IMG/VR virus record: IMGVR_UViG_3300025836_000010
Location: 1-61,572 of that record
DNA: 61,572 nt
From: a virus
Taxonomy: Duplodnaviria > Caudoviricetes
Strand: one strand, 5' to 3'
Below are positions 17,400 through 25,495 of the stretch, one piece after another; position 1 is the first letter of the stretch, and the number at the start of each line of letters is the position of its first letter. The notes beneath the pieces are model-generated. The model was not told the DNA's origin. It did no database searches and saw only the letters and a program-made list of their open reading frames with translations. The position numbers and the translations under genes are program-made.

Positions 17400-18607
17400 G
17401 CCAGCGCCTCCTTCACGGCCCACGCCTTGAACTCGGCAGCCTCGCCGTGGGTGAGTTCCGAGTTCCCGCGACCGCCGAAACGCTTGCGGTACTCCTTCAC
17501 GGCCGCGCCGTCGACGTGGGCCAGCGCCTCGCTCAGCAGCTTCTTGTCGCCGGTGGTCGCGGGCCGCTTCGGGTCGTCGGTGGCGAAGAGTGCGCCGCGT
17601 CCTGGCATTGTGCCGTCTGAGGCGATTGGGCCGCTTTCGGCATCGGTGGTAATGTTGAGGGTTTCGACGCCGCCCTGTGGCTCCCGTGAAGCCTCAGCCG
17701 TATGCGGGGCGTCGTCGGTGAAGCCGATGTCGTCGTCGTTGACCTCGCCGGTCACGGGGTCGACGGTGGCTGGCGGCGCTTGCTGCTTCGTCGGCATCGT
17801 CGCTAGGCCCGCCATGAGCGACTCCCACACGACGTGGGGCATCCCGGCCAGCTCGCCGGTGTACTTGGCCTTGGCGGCGAGGTTCTTCTTCACCTCGACT
17901 TCGCTTATGTCGACGCGCTTCATCTCAGCCAGCAGTGCGTCGTACTCGTCTTGGCCGATGATCTGGCCCGTCTCTTCCTCGACCGCCGTACCCTCGTAAT
18001 CAGCGGTCCCGCCCTCGATGATCCGCTGTGCCTCGTCTTCGTCATAGATGCCGCCGAAGCCGAAAGCCTCACGGATGCCTTGGATGCGGGCCTTGTGGCG
18101 CAGCATGCGCTTCGTGTGGCTCTGCCACGGTCCTTTGTAGCCGTTTCGTGGCGGCACGTAGCACTCGTCGAGATACTCGCGATGCACGGCCGGGACCTGG
18201 CGGCCCTTGATGTGGATGCTTACCTCCATCCACTCGGGGCATGGCTTGGCGTCTTTGTCGATCTGCACCATGTTGTCCGACGCGGTGACCTCCTCACCGA
18301 GGAAGTCTTCGCGTGGTTTCCCGTCGGGGTGGTGAGTCTCCAGATGATTCCAGCCGTCGATTCCAACGATGGGCACGATGGCGCCCTTGTCGACGAAGCC
18401 GTGGATCTGCTTGGTCCACACGTCGAGGCCGTAGCGGTCGGCGATCGCCAGGAACATAGCGAGTTCCTCGTCGGTCGCTGGCCGGTCTTTGGTCTTGAGC
18501 ACGGTCGCCTTGACGACCTGCTTGAAGTATTCAGGCGAGAGCCCGAGCGGCGCGGAGAACTTCTCGAGCAGCGTCACTGCGGTGCCTGGCTTGCCGGTGG
18601 TCGTCAT
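17396..18607 (-). CDS. bet: Bet/RecT-family single-strand annealing recombinase
   Basis: TDEELAMFLAIA.RYGLD, PIVGIDGW, EYLDEC, PWQSHTKRMLRHKA.IQ.IR.AFGFGGIYDEDEA. Confidence 0.9.
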   Translation of the reverse strand: MTTTGKPGTAVTLLEKFSAPLGLSPEYFKQVVKATVLKTKDRPATDEELAMFLAIADRYGLDVWTKQIHGFVDKGAIVPIVGIDGWNHLETHHPDGKPREDFLGEEVTASDNMVQIDKDAKPCPEWMEVSIHIKGRQVPAVHREYLDECYVPPRNGYKGPWQSHTKRMLRHKARIQGIREAFGFGGIYDEDEAQRIIEGGTADYEGTAVEEETGQIIGQDEYDALLAEMKRVDISEVEVKKNLAAKAKYTGELAGMPHVVWESLMAGLATMPTKQQAPPATVDPVTGEVNDDDIGFTDDAPHTAEASREPQGGVETLNITTDAESGPIASDGTMPGRGALFATDDPKRPATTGDKKLLSEALAHVDGAAVKEYRKRFGGRGNSELTHGEAAEFKAWAVKEALA

Positions 18608-19251
18608 ACCACCATCTCCTCATAGATGCGCACGCCGGGGATCTCGCGCACGCCAGCCCGCACGACCTTGCCGAGCTTCACGGCGTCGGGCATCTTGTAC
18701 TCGTCTGACAACACCCCGAAGTCGAGGACCTCGTGCTTCCATGTGGTGCGGATCGTTACCGAGCCGGACTCGGTGCGCACCGTCTTCGGGGGTGCCTGCA
18801 CAGTTGGCATGGGGATGAGGACCGGCGGCGCCTCGATGCCCTTCTCTTCGGCCTTCGCCGCCTGCCGCGCCTGCTTGGCCTCGGCGAGTTTGCGTAGGCG
18901 CTCCTGTTCCTTGCGTGCGGCTTCGCGCTGAGCAATTGTCCACGTGAGGTGCTTCTGGCCGACGATCTTCTCGGTCGCCGCCAGAGGGTCATCGCCCGCC
19001 TTGAACTTAGCGATGATGCGCTTCTTCTGCGTCTCCAGCGGGTCCGTGAACCAGTGCCGCAGTTCGTCCCAACGCTTGCGCGCCGTCTTGACCTGCGCCA
19101 GGAACTCGACGGCCGCGAAGTCGCTTTCGTCGTCGACGATCTCGATGCTCTGCGCGCGTTGCAGTAGCTCGATGGACCCCTGCGACAACTCTTGCACGCG
19201 CTCGTCTTGCTCGATGACTTGCAGTTCTACGTTCTCGGCCGTGGTGGCCAT
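18604..19251 (-). CDS. coiled-coil phage protein of the recombination module
   Basis: Coiled coil plus C-terminal EY.MPD...EIPGVRIYEE. Confidence 0.7.
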   Translation of the reverse strand: MATTAENVELQVIEQDERVQELSQGSIELLQRAQSIEIVDDESDFAAVEFLAQVKTARKRWDELRHWFTDPLETQKKRIIAKFKAGDDPLAATEKIVGQKHLTWTIAQREAARKEQERLRKLAEAKQARQAAKAEEKGIEAPPVLIPMPTVQAPPKTVRTESGSVTIRTTWKHEVLDFGVLSDEYKMPDAVKLGKVVRAGVREIPGVRIYEEMVV

Positions 19252-19252
19252 G

Positions 19253-19903
19253 TCAGATCCCTCGCTTTAGGTCGTGGTACAAGTACAGGCAGGAACAAAA
19301 CCCCTGAAAGTCGCTCTGGTGCCGTGTGTGTTCGTGGAACCGCGCCGGGCCGGTCGCGTCCCGCGGGATGTGCAGGACGCCGCGGCGGCAGGCGCTCACG
19401 TTGACGCCATGCGTCTGGAGCCCGCAGCGGGACGCCTCGCGGTATGCCGCCGTCTGGTAGCGATGCTCCGGGTACACGGCCTTGCCGCTCTTGACGTCGA
19501 CGATGGTGGGCACCTTGTGACGCTTCATGCGTAGCAGGAAGTCGAGCTGCCCGGCGTAGCGGTAGCCCTCGTGGAAAACCATCAGCTCGACCGCGTAGAC
19601 CTCCTCGACATACTTCTCGTACCAGTCGGTGAATGCGTCGAGCTGTGCCTGCGCCGGGGCGTCTTCTTCGCCCATGGGGATGGAGGGCACGCCCTCGACG
19701 ACCAGGGCGGCCAGTGCGTGCACGAGGGTTCCGTGCGAGGCCGCCTTGGTGCGCACCCGCTCGGCCTCGGCGTTGCCCAGGCTGCCTATCCACTTCTCGA
19801 GGCCGGGCTTGCGGATGACGCTGCCGATGACTGTGGTGACGCCTACGAAGGGACGGCCGCCGACTGTGTACTCGTGGGAGTCGGAGCGGGTGATCGTGGC
19901 CAT
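19253..19903 (-). CDS. PD-(D/E)xK (Cas4-like) exonuclease
   Basis: VTTVIG, GTLVH, YAGQLD, IVDVKSG, YQTAAY. Confidence 0.85.
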   Translation of the reverse strand: MATITRSDSHEYTVGGRPFVGVTTVIGSVIRKPGLEKWIGSLGNAEAERVRTKAASHGTLVHALAALVVEGVPSIPMGEEDAPAQAQLDAFTDWYEKYVEEVYAVELMVFHEGYRYAGQLDFLLRMKRHKVPTIVDVKSGKAVYPEHRYQTAAYREASRCGLQTHGVNVSACRRGVLHIPRDATGPARFHEHTRHQSDFQGFCSCLYLYHDLKRGI

Positions 19904-20109
19904 CAAAACCCCACCCAGTGCCGGTCGTTCTCCGCGCCGCAGTCTTCGCAACGCAGCACGTCGTAGCCGTTGCCGAAGGGGTGCCGGGCGTCGAACTCGA
20001 CGCCCCACGTCAAGTCGCCCCCACACTCAGCGCAGACGCGCTGGCGGCGGGGGGCGGGCTTGGGCAGGCCGAGGTGCGCGGCGGCTTGGCTTATGGTGAT
20101 GGTGCTCAT
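19903..20109 (-). CDS. small Zn-ribbon protein
   Basis: CAECG...CEDCG; coupled. Confidence 0.6.
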   Translation of the reverse strand: MSTITISQAAAHLGLPKPAPRRQRVCAECGGDLTWGVEFDARHPFGNGYDVLRCEDCGAENDRHWVGF

Positions 20110-20351
20110 CGCTTCGCCCAGTGGCAGCAACGGAAGCCGCCTTCGGTGAACAGGCCGCCGGGCGCGCGGAACGAACCGGACACGAGGCACTTGCCGAGTC
20201 CGGCGGTGCCCGGCTCGCCGGTCCAGTGCCGGCAGCCATCGCAGGCGTGGGGGGCTTCCAGTTCGGCGATGGCGGCGTCGGCTTTGGCCAGCCAGTATGG
20301 CTTCCATCTCTTAGAGTTCCGTGCGTCCCGGTACTCATCGACCGCGCTCAC
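20106..20351 (-). CDS. small modular protein (MSAVDEYR..ADAAIAELEA + CxxC..W domain)
   Basis: Family motif. Confidence 0.7.
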   Translation of the reverse strand: MSAVDEYRDARNSKRWKPYWLAKADAAIAELEAPHACDGCRHWTGEPGTAGLGKCLVSGSFRAPGGLFTEGGFRCCHWAKR

Positions 20352-20629
20352 GGCGTCGCCCCCCGCGTCCAGCGGATGCAGGCGAACCCGTGGTTGTTGT
20401 CCCATCCGTAGTACACGGCCTCGTGATGGACCTTGCAGCTACCTAGGCGCTCACAGGTGCTGCACCGCTCCGCCTTCCGGGCTACCAGTTCGGCCTCGGC
20501 CCGCTCGGCGCGTTCGTGGGCCGTGGTGAGTGAGCAGATGTCATCAGCCATGCTGCTGTTCTCCGCCTTCAGCTCGGCGATACGCCTCATGGCCCTCGGG
20601 TATTCGATGTCCATGTTGATAGGGCTCAT
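20348..20629 (-). CDS. small modular protein (RIAELKAE + CxxC..C..W domain)
   Basis: Family motif; ATGA coupling. Confidence 0.65.
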   Translation of the reverse strand: MSPINMDIEYPRAMRRIAELKAENSSMADDICSLTTAHERAERAEAELVARKAERCSTCERLGSCKVHHEAVYYGWDNNHGFACIRWTRGATP

Positions 20630-20817
20630 GGCGTCGCCCCCCGCGCCGCTTCGTCCGGGCGGCAGTACGGACAAGGCAGCTCGCCCTCGTCGTGGCGGAT
20701 GGTGCCGGTGTCCTGACAGCCGCGGCAGTGCCGGGCGGCGTCCAGCGCGTGCCAACTCGCGAGCGCTACGTCATAGCGGGCGCGGGCCTCGCGGCGCTTG
20801 GGGATGGCGTCGGTCAT
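20626..20817 (-). CDS. small Zn-finger protein
   Basis: CRGC.DTG...CPYC. Confidence 0.6.
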   Translation of the reverse strand: MTDAIPKRREARARYDVALASWHALDAARHCRGCQDTGTIRHDEGELPCPYCRPDEAARGATP

Positions 20818-21020
20818 CGCTCACGCTCCGTCAAAAGATTGGGGTGTTCGCCACACACGTCCGACTCTCGCACGACAGGAAACCACGCCTTGTCAGGCTC
20901 AAACCCGCCGAATGTACCCTCAGGCCAGACACGTGGGGCATGGCGACGGCACTTCCCGGACTCGTTGTCGATGCGGGTCCAGTTCGGGCAGGTGTTGCAG
21001 CATGTGTCGCGGGCGCTCAT
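20814..21020 (-). CDS. small Cys-rich protein (CxxC..W...CRRHAP...CGE)
   Basis: Four-Cys pattern; coupled. Confidence 0.65.
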   Translation of the reverse strand: MSARDTCCNTCPNWTRIDNESGKCRRHAPRVWPEGTFGGFEPDKAWFPVVRESDVCGEHPNLLTERER

Positions 21021-21211
21021 CTCGCCACGTCCAGACGATCAGAGGAGTCGACGGGGAAGGGGTTGCCGATCTCGGGGACTAGCTCGACCTGGCAGCCGTT
21101 GAACCGGGCAGCGACGATGGCTAGGCGGCGCCCGGAGTAGGGGCTGACGTATGTGGTGAGCTTGGGGACACCGTGGCGTGCGGCCATGCGGGCTGTGACG
21201 GTCTTCATCAC
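21017..21211 (-). CDS. hypothetical protein
   Basis: Coupled ORF. Confidence 0.55.
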   Translation of the reverse strand: MMKTVTARMAARHGVPKLTTYVSPYSGRRLAIVAARFNGCQVELVPEIGNPFPVDSSDRLDVAR

Positions 21212-21501
21212 GTCACCGCCTGACCAAGAATGAACAGGACGGCGATCAGCGTGTAGAGGGTGATGACCGCGCTGGCGACGATCAGCGTCGCGAAGATGAG
21301 GAAGGCGAGGACATCGGTCCAGGTGCGGAGCGGGGCTTCGTAGGTGCGGGGGTGACGGGGCTTGTCTGTGCGGGTGCTTGAAACGGTCGCACCTGTGCTA
21401 TTCTTAACGGACGTTGGCTTGGGTTCTGGGAAGTTCTCGGGCTCAGCGAGGGCGGTGGGGTCATACCAGTGACCCTGCCGCCCGTCTTGTCGGGCGTTCA
21501 T
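21208..21501 (-). CDS. membrane protein, first gene of the leftward operon
   Basis: GGAGG SD; C-terminal hydrophobic segment. Confidence 0.65.
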   Translation of the reverse strand: MNARQDGRQGHWYDPTALAEPENFPEPKPTSVKNSTGATVSSTRTDKPRHPRTYEAPLRTWTDVLAFLIFATLIVASAVITLYTLIAVLFILGQAVT

Positions 21502-21571
21502 TCTTTCCTCCAGTGGTGGAAGTGATCAGGACTTCCCTACGTGCTCGCCCCCCCCTCATTCGACTACCGAT

Positions 21572-21601
21572 ACCCTACAACCATCCTCGGACGGATGTCA
21601 A
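21572..21601 (-). promoter_or_regulatory. leftward sigmaA-like promoter
   Basis: TTGACA-N18-TAGGGT. Confidence 0.7.
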
Positions 21602-21652
21602 TACTTTTCAGCGAGAAAGTTTATTCCCCCTGGCGCGGTGGTATCTTCCCCG

Positions 21653-21681
21653 TTGACACCGACTGGAGGCGCGTGTACGGT
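21653..21681 (+). promoter_or_regulatory. rightward sigmaA-like promoter
   Basis: TTGACA-N17-TACGGT; imperfect palindrome ACTTTTC-AGC-GAGAAAGT between the two -35 boxes. Confidence 0.7.
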
Positions 21682-21722
21682 ATTGGCGACAGACTTAACA
21701 CTATTGAGAGGGGAGATATGCG

Positions 21723-22046
21723 ATGTACAATGGATCCGAAGTGCGCCACGACCCAGACAGATGGATGTCCCCTGCGGCGGTGTCGGCCCTTTGGGCGAGC
21801 ATCGGCTATTGGGACTTGTCACGGGTGACGGTGCAAAACATGATGGATGAGGGCTGGTTCCAGGAGCGCGGGATAGATACGCAACAGCCCGACCCGGGCC
21901 ACTTCCGCGTCCTGCGCGACGAACTGCTCCGGTATCTGGTATGGAAGATGGCCCGAATCACGGTGCTGCTGAATGGGGAGTGCGAGGCGCGGGGGATCGA
22001 CGCCGCGTCCGTCATCGCGGAGCGGATGAACGAGGAGGAGCAATGA
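21723..22046 (+). CDS. putative DNA-binding regulator (Xis/MerR-like wHTH), repressor candidate
   Basis: WMSPAAVSAL...LSRVTVQNMMDEG...PGHFRVLRDELLRYL; first gene of the rightward operon. Confidence 0.55.
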   Translation: MYNGSEVRHDPDRWMSPAAVSALWASIGYWDLSRVTVQNMMDEGWFQERGIDTQQPDPGHFRVLRDELLRYLVWKMARITVLLNGECEARGIDAASVIAERMNEEEQ

Positions 22047-22192
22047 GCGGACTGAAGAGGCCCACCGGGTGGCAGGACTGGCTCGGGATAGCGGTGGGGG
22101 CATCCTACGCGATCATCGTGATTCCCTTGGTCGCGATTGTCATGGTCGTGATCGTGATGTTCGTGTTCGCCTGCGCTGGCGCGATGACGTGA
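22043..22192 (+). CDS. small membrane protein
   Basis: GAGGAGGAG SD; long hydrophobic stretch. Confidence 0.6.
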   Translation: MSGLKRPTGWQDWLGIAVGASYAIIVIPLVAIVMVVIVMFVFACAGAMT

Positions 22193-22209
22193 CAACGGAG
22201 GGGGACACA

Positions 22210-22404
22210 ATGACGGATACCGCAATCAAGGCCACCCACTACGACATCGCCTGTGAGATCATCGCCTGCCACCTCGGCCACTGTGGCACCGACCGCGCCC
22301 GGGCGATGGTTGAGCATGAGTACCGATTGCGATACGGGCTCGAGCCGGGCGTCCCCGAGACGAGTAATGCCAGGGCCGAGGCCCGCTTGGCCGATCCGAA
22401 TTAG
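22210..22404 (+). CDS. hypothetical protein
   Basis: GGAGGGGG SD before ATG. Confidence 0.6.
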   Translation: MTDTAIKATHYDIACEIIACHLGHCGTDRARAMVEHEYRLRYGLEPGVPETSNARAEARLADPN

Positions 22405-22422
22405 CACCGCGGCCCGAGACGC

Positions 22423-22460
22423 AAAAAAGGCGCCCCGCCACTGGATGGTGGCGGGGCGCC
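22423..22460 (-). terminator. intrinsic terminator between convergent operons
   Basis: GGCGCCCCGCCAC-CATCCA-GTGGCGGGGCGCC-TTTTTT. Confidence 0.85.
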
Positions 22461-22502
22461 GGGGGCCGGGAGGGGCCGGGGTGATCTCGTGGGGCTGTCT
22501 CC

Positions 22503-22622
22503 CTACCCCTGCGTTACCAACCCGCACTGATTGCACTTGTATTTGTATCCATCGTAGTGGAAGTCTTTGCCCCCGCACTTTCCACACTTCAGGTATCTAA
22601 GCGGCTTCTTGCCTCCGTGCAT
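22503..22622 (-). CDS. 39-aa Zn-ribbon protein (below the ORF track cutoff)
   Basis: MHGGKKPLRYLKCGKCGGKDFHYDGYKYKCNQCG. Confidence 0.5.
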   Translation of the reverse strand: MHGGKKPLRYLKCGKCGGKDFHYDGYKYKCNQCGLVTQG

Positions 22623-22672
22623 GATCGAGGCCCTCACCTACTTCTCAGTAGCTACTCTTGGCGATGGCGGCG

Positions 22673-22882
22673 TTACTCTGTGCCGCTACCGTAGTCCTTG
22701 ACGAACGGGTTGAGCCACTTGTAGGCGAACGCGATCAGCGCGGCGATTCCAGCGGCGGCGATTCCCTTCCACTGTCCGGCGCTCAGGTCGAAGATGTGAG
22801 CACCGACGGCGGTTAGTTCACCGAGGACTGTCACAACGAAGACGAGAATGAGCGTCTGAGCGATGGCCTTGGTTCCTTTCAT
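22673..22882 (-). CDS. holin-like two-TM protein
   Basis: Two hydrophobic helices and C-terminal WLNP..KDYGSG; GGGAGG SD. Confidence 0.7.
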   Translation of the reverse strand: MKGTKAIAQTLILVFVVTVLGELTAVGAHIFDLSAGQWKGIAAAGIAALIAFAYKWLNPFVKDYGSGTE

Positions 22883-22929
22883 TCATTCACCTCCCTAGAG
22901 ATTCCATGATGCCAGTTGGCTTTTCATGG

Positions 22930-23676
22930 TCAGCGGACCTCGTCCACGACGCCGAGGCGGAGACTCTCGTCCGAGTCCAGCCACCAGTCCTTGCGCCGCC
23001 AGCGGTTGGCAAACTGTTTGGCGGTCAAACCCGTCTTTGGCTGCGCCTTCAGCGACCGCTTGCTGAAGATGGCCAGAACGCGGTCCTGAATCTTGCGCAC
23101 GAACGCGACCTCGTCCTCGACCTCGCCGATCTTGCCGCCCGCGCCGAAACTGACCTCATGAATAAGGACATATGCCTCGCGTCCCATCACGCGCACGTCG
23201 CCGGCCTGCAGCAGTATCCCGGCCATGCTCGCCGCGTAGCCGATGGCGACCGTCGTGATTTTGTGGCCCTTGCCACGCAGGAACATCAGGTAGTCGAACA
23301 GCGCCATGCCCGCGATGACCTCGCCGCCGGGGCTATTTAGGATGATCTCGATGTCGCACTTCGGGCTGTCGCGATTCCAAAACGACAGTTCCCTGACGCA
23401 ACTGGCAACGGACGACTCAGAAACCTTGCCGAGAAACTGGTAAACATGGTGGTAGTTGTCCTGGGCCAACTCGCGCTTGCGCAGTTCCAGTGTCCGCTGC
23501 AACTCGATGGCTCCGGACGCGGCACCATGCTCGAACAGCAGCGCCTCGGCTGACATCTTGCGCGCCTCGGCCTCGCTCTTCGCCGCTTCAGCAAGTGCCG
23601 CGACGGCCTCGGCCTGCGCCTTGGCGACGTTGGCCTTGACCTCTTCTGGACTAAGCTCTCGGGCCTTTTCCGTCAT
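22930..23676 (-). CDS. clpP: ClpP-family serine protease with N-terminal coiled coil
   Basis: LNSPGG, GYAASMAG (Ser), LIHE (His), RKDWWL (Asp), GVVDEV. Confidence 0.9.
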   Translation of the reverse strand: MTEKARELSPEEVKANVAKAQAEAVAALAEAAKSEAEARKMSAEALLFEHGAASGAIELQRTLELRKRELAQDNYHHVYQFLGKVSESSVASCVRELSFWNRDSPKCDIEIILNSPGGEVIAGMALFDYLMFLRGKGHKITTVAIGYAASMAGILLQAGDVRVMGREAYVLIHEVSFGAGGKIGEVEDEVAFVRKIQDRVLAIFSKRSLKAQPKTGLTAKQFANRWRRKDWWLDSDESLRLGVVDEVR

Positions 23677-23720
23677 TTGTCACTCCCCCGGTTTGGATTC
23701 GGTATGATCCTCATGCGTCC

Positions 23721-23749
23721 AGTTTAGGCGGTCAGAGTGGGGACGGAGG
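23721..23749 (-). promoter_or_regulatory. phage-specific promoter copy 3 (CCTCCGTCCCCAC-N10-TAAACT)
   Basis: Perfect 13-mer at 23737-23749; extra partial copy at 23756-23765. Confidence 0.8.
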
Positions 23750-23774
23750 GGAATGGTGGGGACGGCCATGAATA

Positions 23775-23854
23775 TGGTGGAGCCGGACGGATTTGAACCG
23801 TCGTCCCCGGGTTGCCCATCAGGCTTTGGCCCAAGTCGAAACCAATTCGGCCCC
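23775..23854 (-). ncRNA. tmRNA tRNA-like-domain-only RNA (80 nt)
   Basis: GGGGCCGAATTGGTTTCGAC...GGACGACGGTTCAAATCCGTCCGGCTCCACCA; G3:U70, A73, CCA, T-arm, ssrA-type D-loop, short P2a; no mRNA-like domain. Confidence 0.88.
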
Positions 23855-24080
23855 ATATTGCTGAGCGGCCCCCATGTCATTACCAGCCGCTCGCTGCCCT
23901 CGCGCCTTTTTCCGTCTCGTGCCGCATTGCGATAACTCGAACCGGCTTGTGGACGGTCGCCGTCTCTGGGGCGTCCCCCATCGCGAGTGCCCGGCACCGG
24001 GATTGAACAGCTCGGGCCGCATTACCTAAGCAGGCCCTTCTCACCGGCATAGCATTGTGTACAGGTGTCCACACTTGCGG

Positions 24081-24968
24081 CTAACTGTGGGCACTTGTTA
24101 CCAAACCCCCCTTGCCGCAGAGTGCCGTATCCTCGTCTTGAGACGCGGTTGCGGGACTCACTAGCTCGTCGCCGAACCTATCAACCAGGTCATAGAACTC
24201 GCCATCGGACCATTCCTCGGCCCGTTCCCTGCGCAGCCCTGGCGAATCCTTCCGGAATACCTCGTCTCCGTGTTCGTCCGCGCCGATCCCGAGTACCCTG
24301 ATGAGCGTCATCCCGCGCAGCTCATCGTCGCTGAGCACGTCCGGGCGCGGAGAGTGCAGGTCTTCGATGTGCCGGGCCAGCCACAGCGCCTGCTTCCACA
24401 ACGGGACGCTGAGTGTTTCCTCTTCGGCGTCCGATTCCCGTTTGGGCAACAGTACCGATTCCGGCCCGTAGTCGAGGTCCGTCACGGCCCCGCACTCGGG
24501 GCAGGACTTGACAGTCACGGGGCCAACGTCAATGCCGGCTATCGCGGCCTCCGTGTAGAAGTCGACGGTCGGGTGTTCGCGCGACCCCTCGGACACGCAA
24601 CTTTCTACGTGTTCGGGCACTGCGTTGACAACGGAATCCGTTACCTGCGCAGCCTCGTCGCACCCCGTCGCGTGCGGCATGTTCGGCGCGGAGCGGCAAT
24701 CGGGGCACTGGTCCGCGCAGAAGGTACTACTCTCGGTAGTGCCGACTGCGCGCTCCGGTCCGTCGCTTGGGTACCGCTCGCTCGGCCAGCAGTCCTGGTA
24801 CGTTGGGTCGGGATTACTGTCATTCCGTTCGCGTAAGGTCGCAGATTCAGGTAGTTCTGGCGTTGGCACGGGCACATAGCACTCATCTCGCCAATGCCAG
24901 GCGGGAGGTGTCGAGGTGCTCTGGACGCGGCTCCCGGTTGCGTCCTGAATCTCGCCGAGGCATCCCAT
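24081..24968 (-). CDS. hypothetical protein (low-complexity N-terminus, CxxC, helical C-terminal domain)
   Basis: Long ORF within the operon. Confidence 0.6.
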   Translation of the reverse strand: MGCLGEIQDATGSRVQSTSTPPAWHWRDECYVPVPTPELPESATLRERNDSNPDPTYQDCWPSERYPSDGPERAVGTTESSTFCADQCPDCRSAPNMPHATGCDEAAQVTDSVVNAVPEHVESCVSEGSREHPTVDFYTEAAIAGIDVGPVTVKSCPECGAVTDLDYGPESVLLPKRESDAEEETLSVPLWKQALWLARHIEDLHSPRPDVLSDDELRGMTLIRVLGIGADEHGDEVFRKDSPGLRRERAEEWSDGEFYDLVDRFGDELVSPATASQDEDTALCGKGGLVTSAHS

Positions 24969-24969
24969 C

Positions 24970-25488
24970 TCAGCAGCTCATTCGATGGTTGTAGCGCGGG
25001 GGCTGGCCGGGCCGCTCGTGATAGCCCGTCCCCAGCGGGTACCTCTCGGGGCAAGTTTCCTTCACGATCCGGTTGAGCAGGATGCCGGACTCGTCAGACG
25101 CAGCGCAGAAGGCGACGACGGCGTAGTCCAGCTCATCAAAGTCTTCGCGGATCCAGACGCCCAACTGGTCACCACTCGCCTGCTGCATCTTCGGACCGTA
25201 GGGGATGAGGACGTAGTCAAGGTATTCGAGCCATCCTTCAATCTCGGGCTCGCTGGGGATGGACCCGACCACGAAGATGAAGTCCTCGTGCTGCTTGTTG
25301 TCGACAAGCGCCTCTTCCAATCGGCAGAGGGTCATCCACTGGGGGAAGCCCTCGCGCAGGTTGTGCACGAAGTACCCAGCCTTGCCGGCCTCGCTGAGCC
25401 AGTTGATGGTGTTGAGGGGCGTGACAGCGGGTGGGTCACACCCGGCGCTGAACTCGACCGAAAACAACGGGCAAAACTCGTGCATCAA
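24970..25488 (-). CDS. acidic hypothetical protein
   Basis: GAGG SD; in operon. Confidence 0.7.
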   Translation of the reverse strand: MMHEFCPLFSVEFSAGCDPPAVTPLNTINWLSEAGKAGYFVHNLREGFPQWMTLCRLEEALVDNKQHEDFIFVVGSIPSEPEIEGWLEYLDYVLIPYGPKMQQASGDQLGVWIREDFDELDYAVVAFCAASDESGILLNRIVKETCPERYPLGTGYHERPGQPPRYNHRMSC

Positions 25489-25495
25489 GTCATCC

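Noticed and set aside
19253-19903. Cas4 as evidence of a CRISPR-Cas system
   Set aside because: It is a stand-alone PD-(D/E)xK exonuclease in the Bet recombination module, with no array or other cas genes.
22930-23676. ClpP as the capsid maturation protease
   Set aside because: A canonical HK97 protease already sits between portal and capsid genes, and this gene is far from the head module.
23880-23930. Tag reading frame of a permuted or two-piece tmRNA
   Set aside because: The TLD is unpermuted and closed on itself; the only candidate frame ends AASGW-stop, not a C-terminal AA degron; no pseudoknot was evident.
23875-23986. Fluoride riboswitch-like GCGATGG...TAATGAC
   Set aside because: Spacing and pseudoknot complementarity do not fit, and no fluoride-related gene follows.
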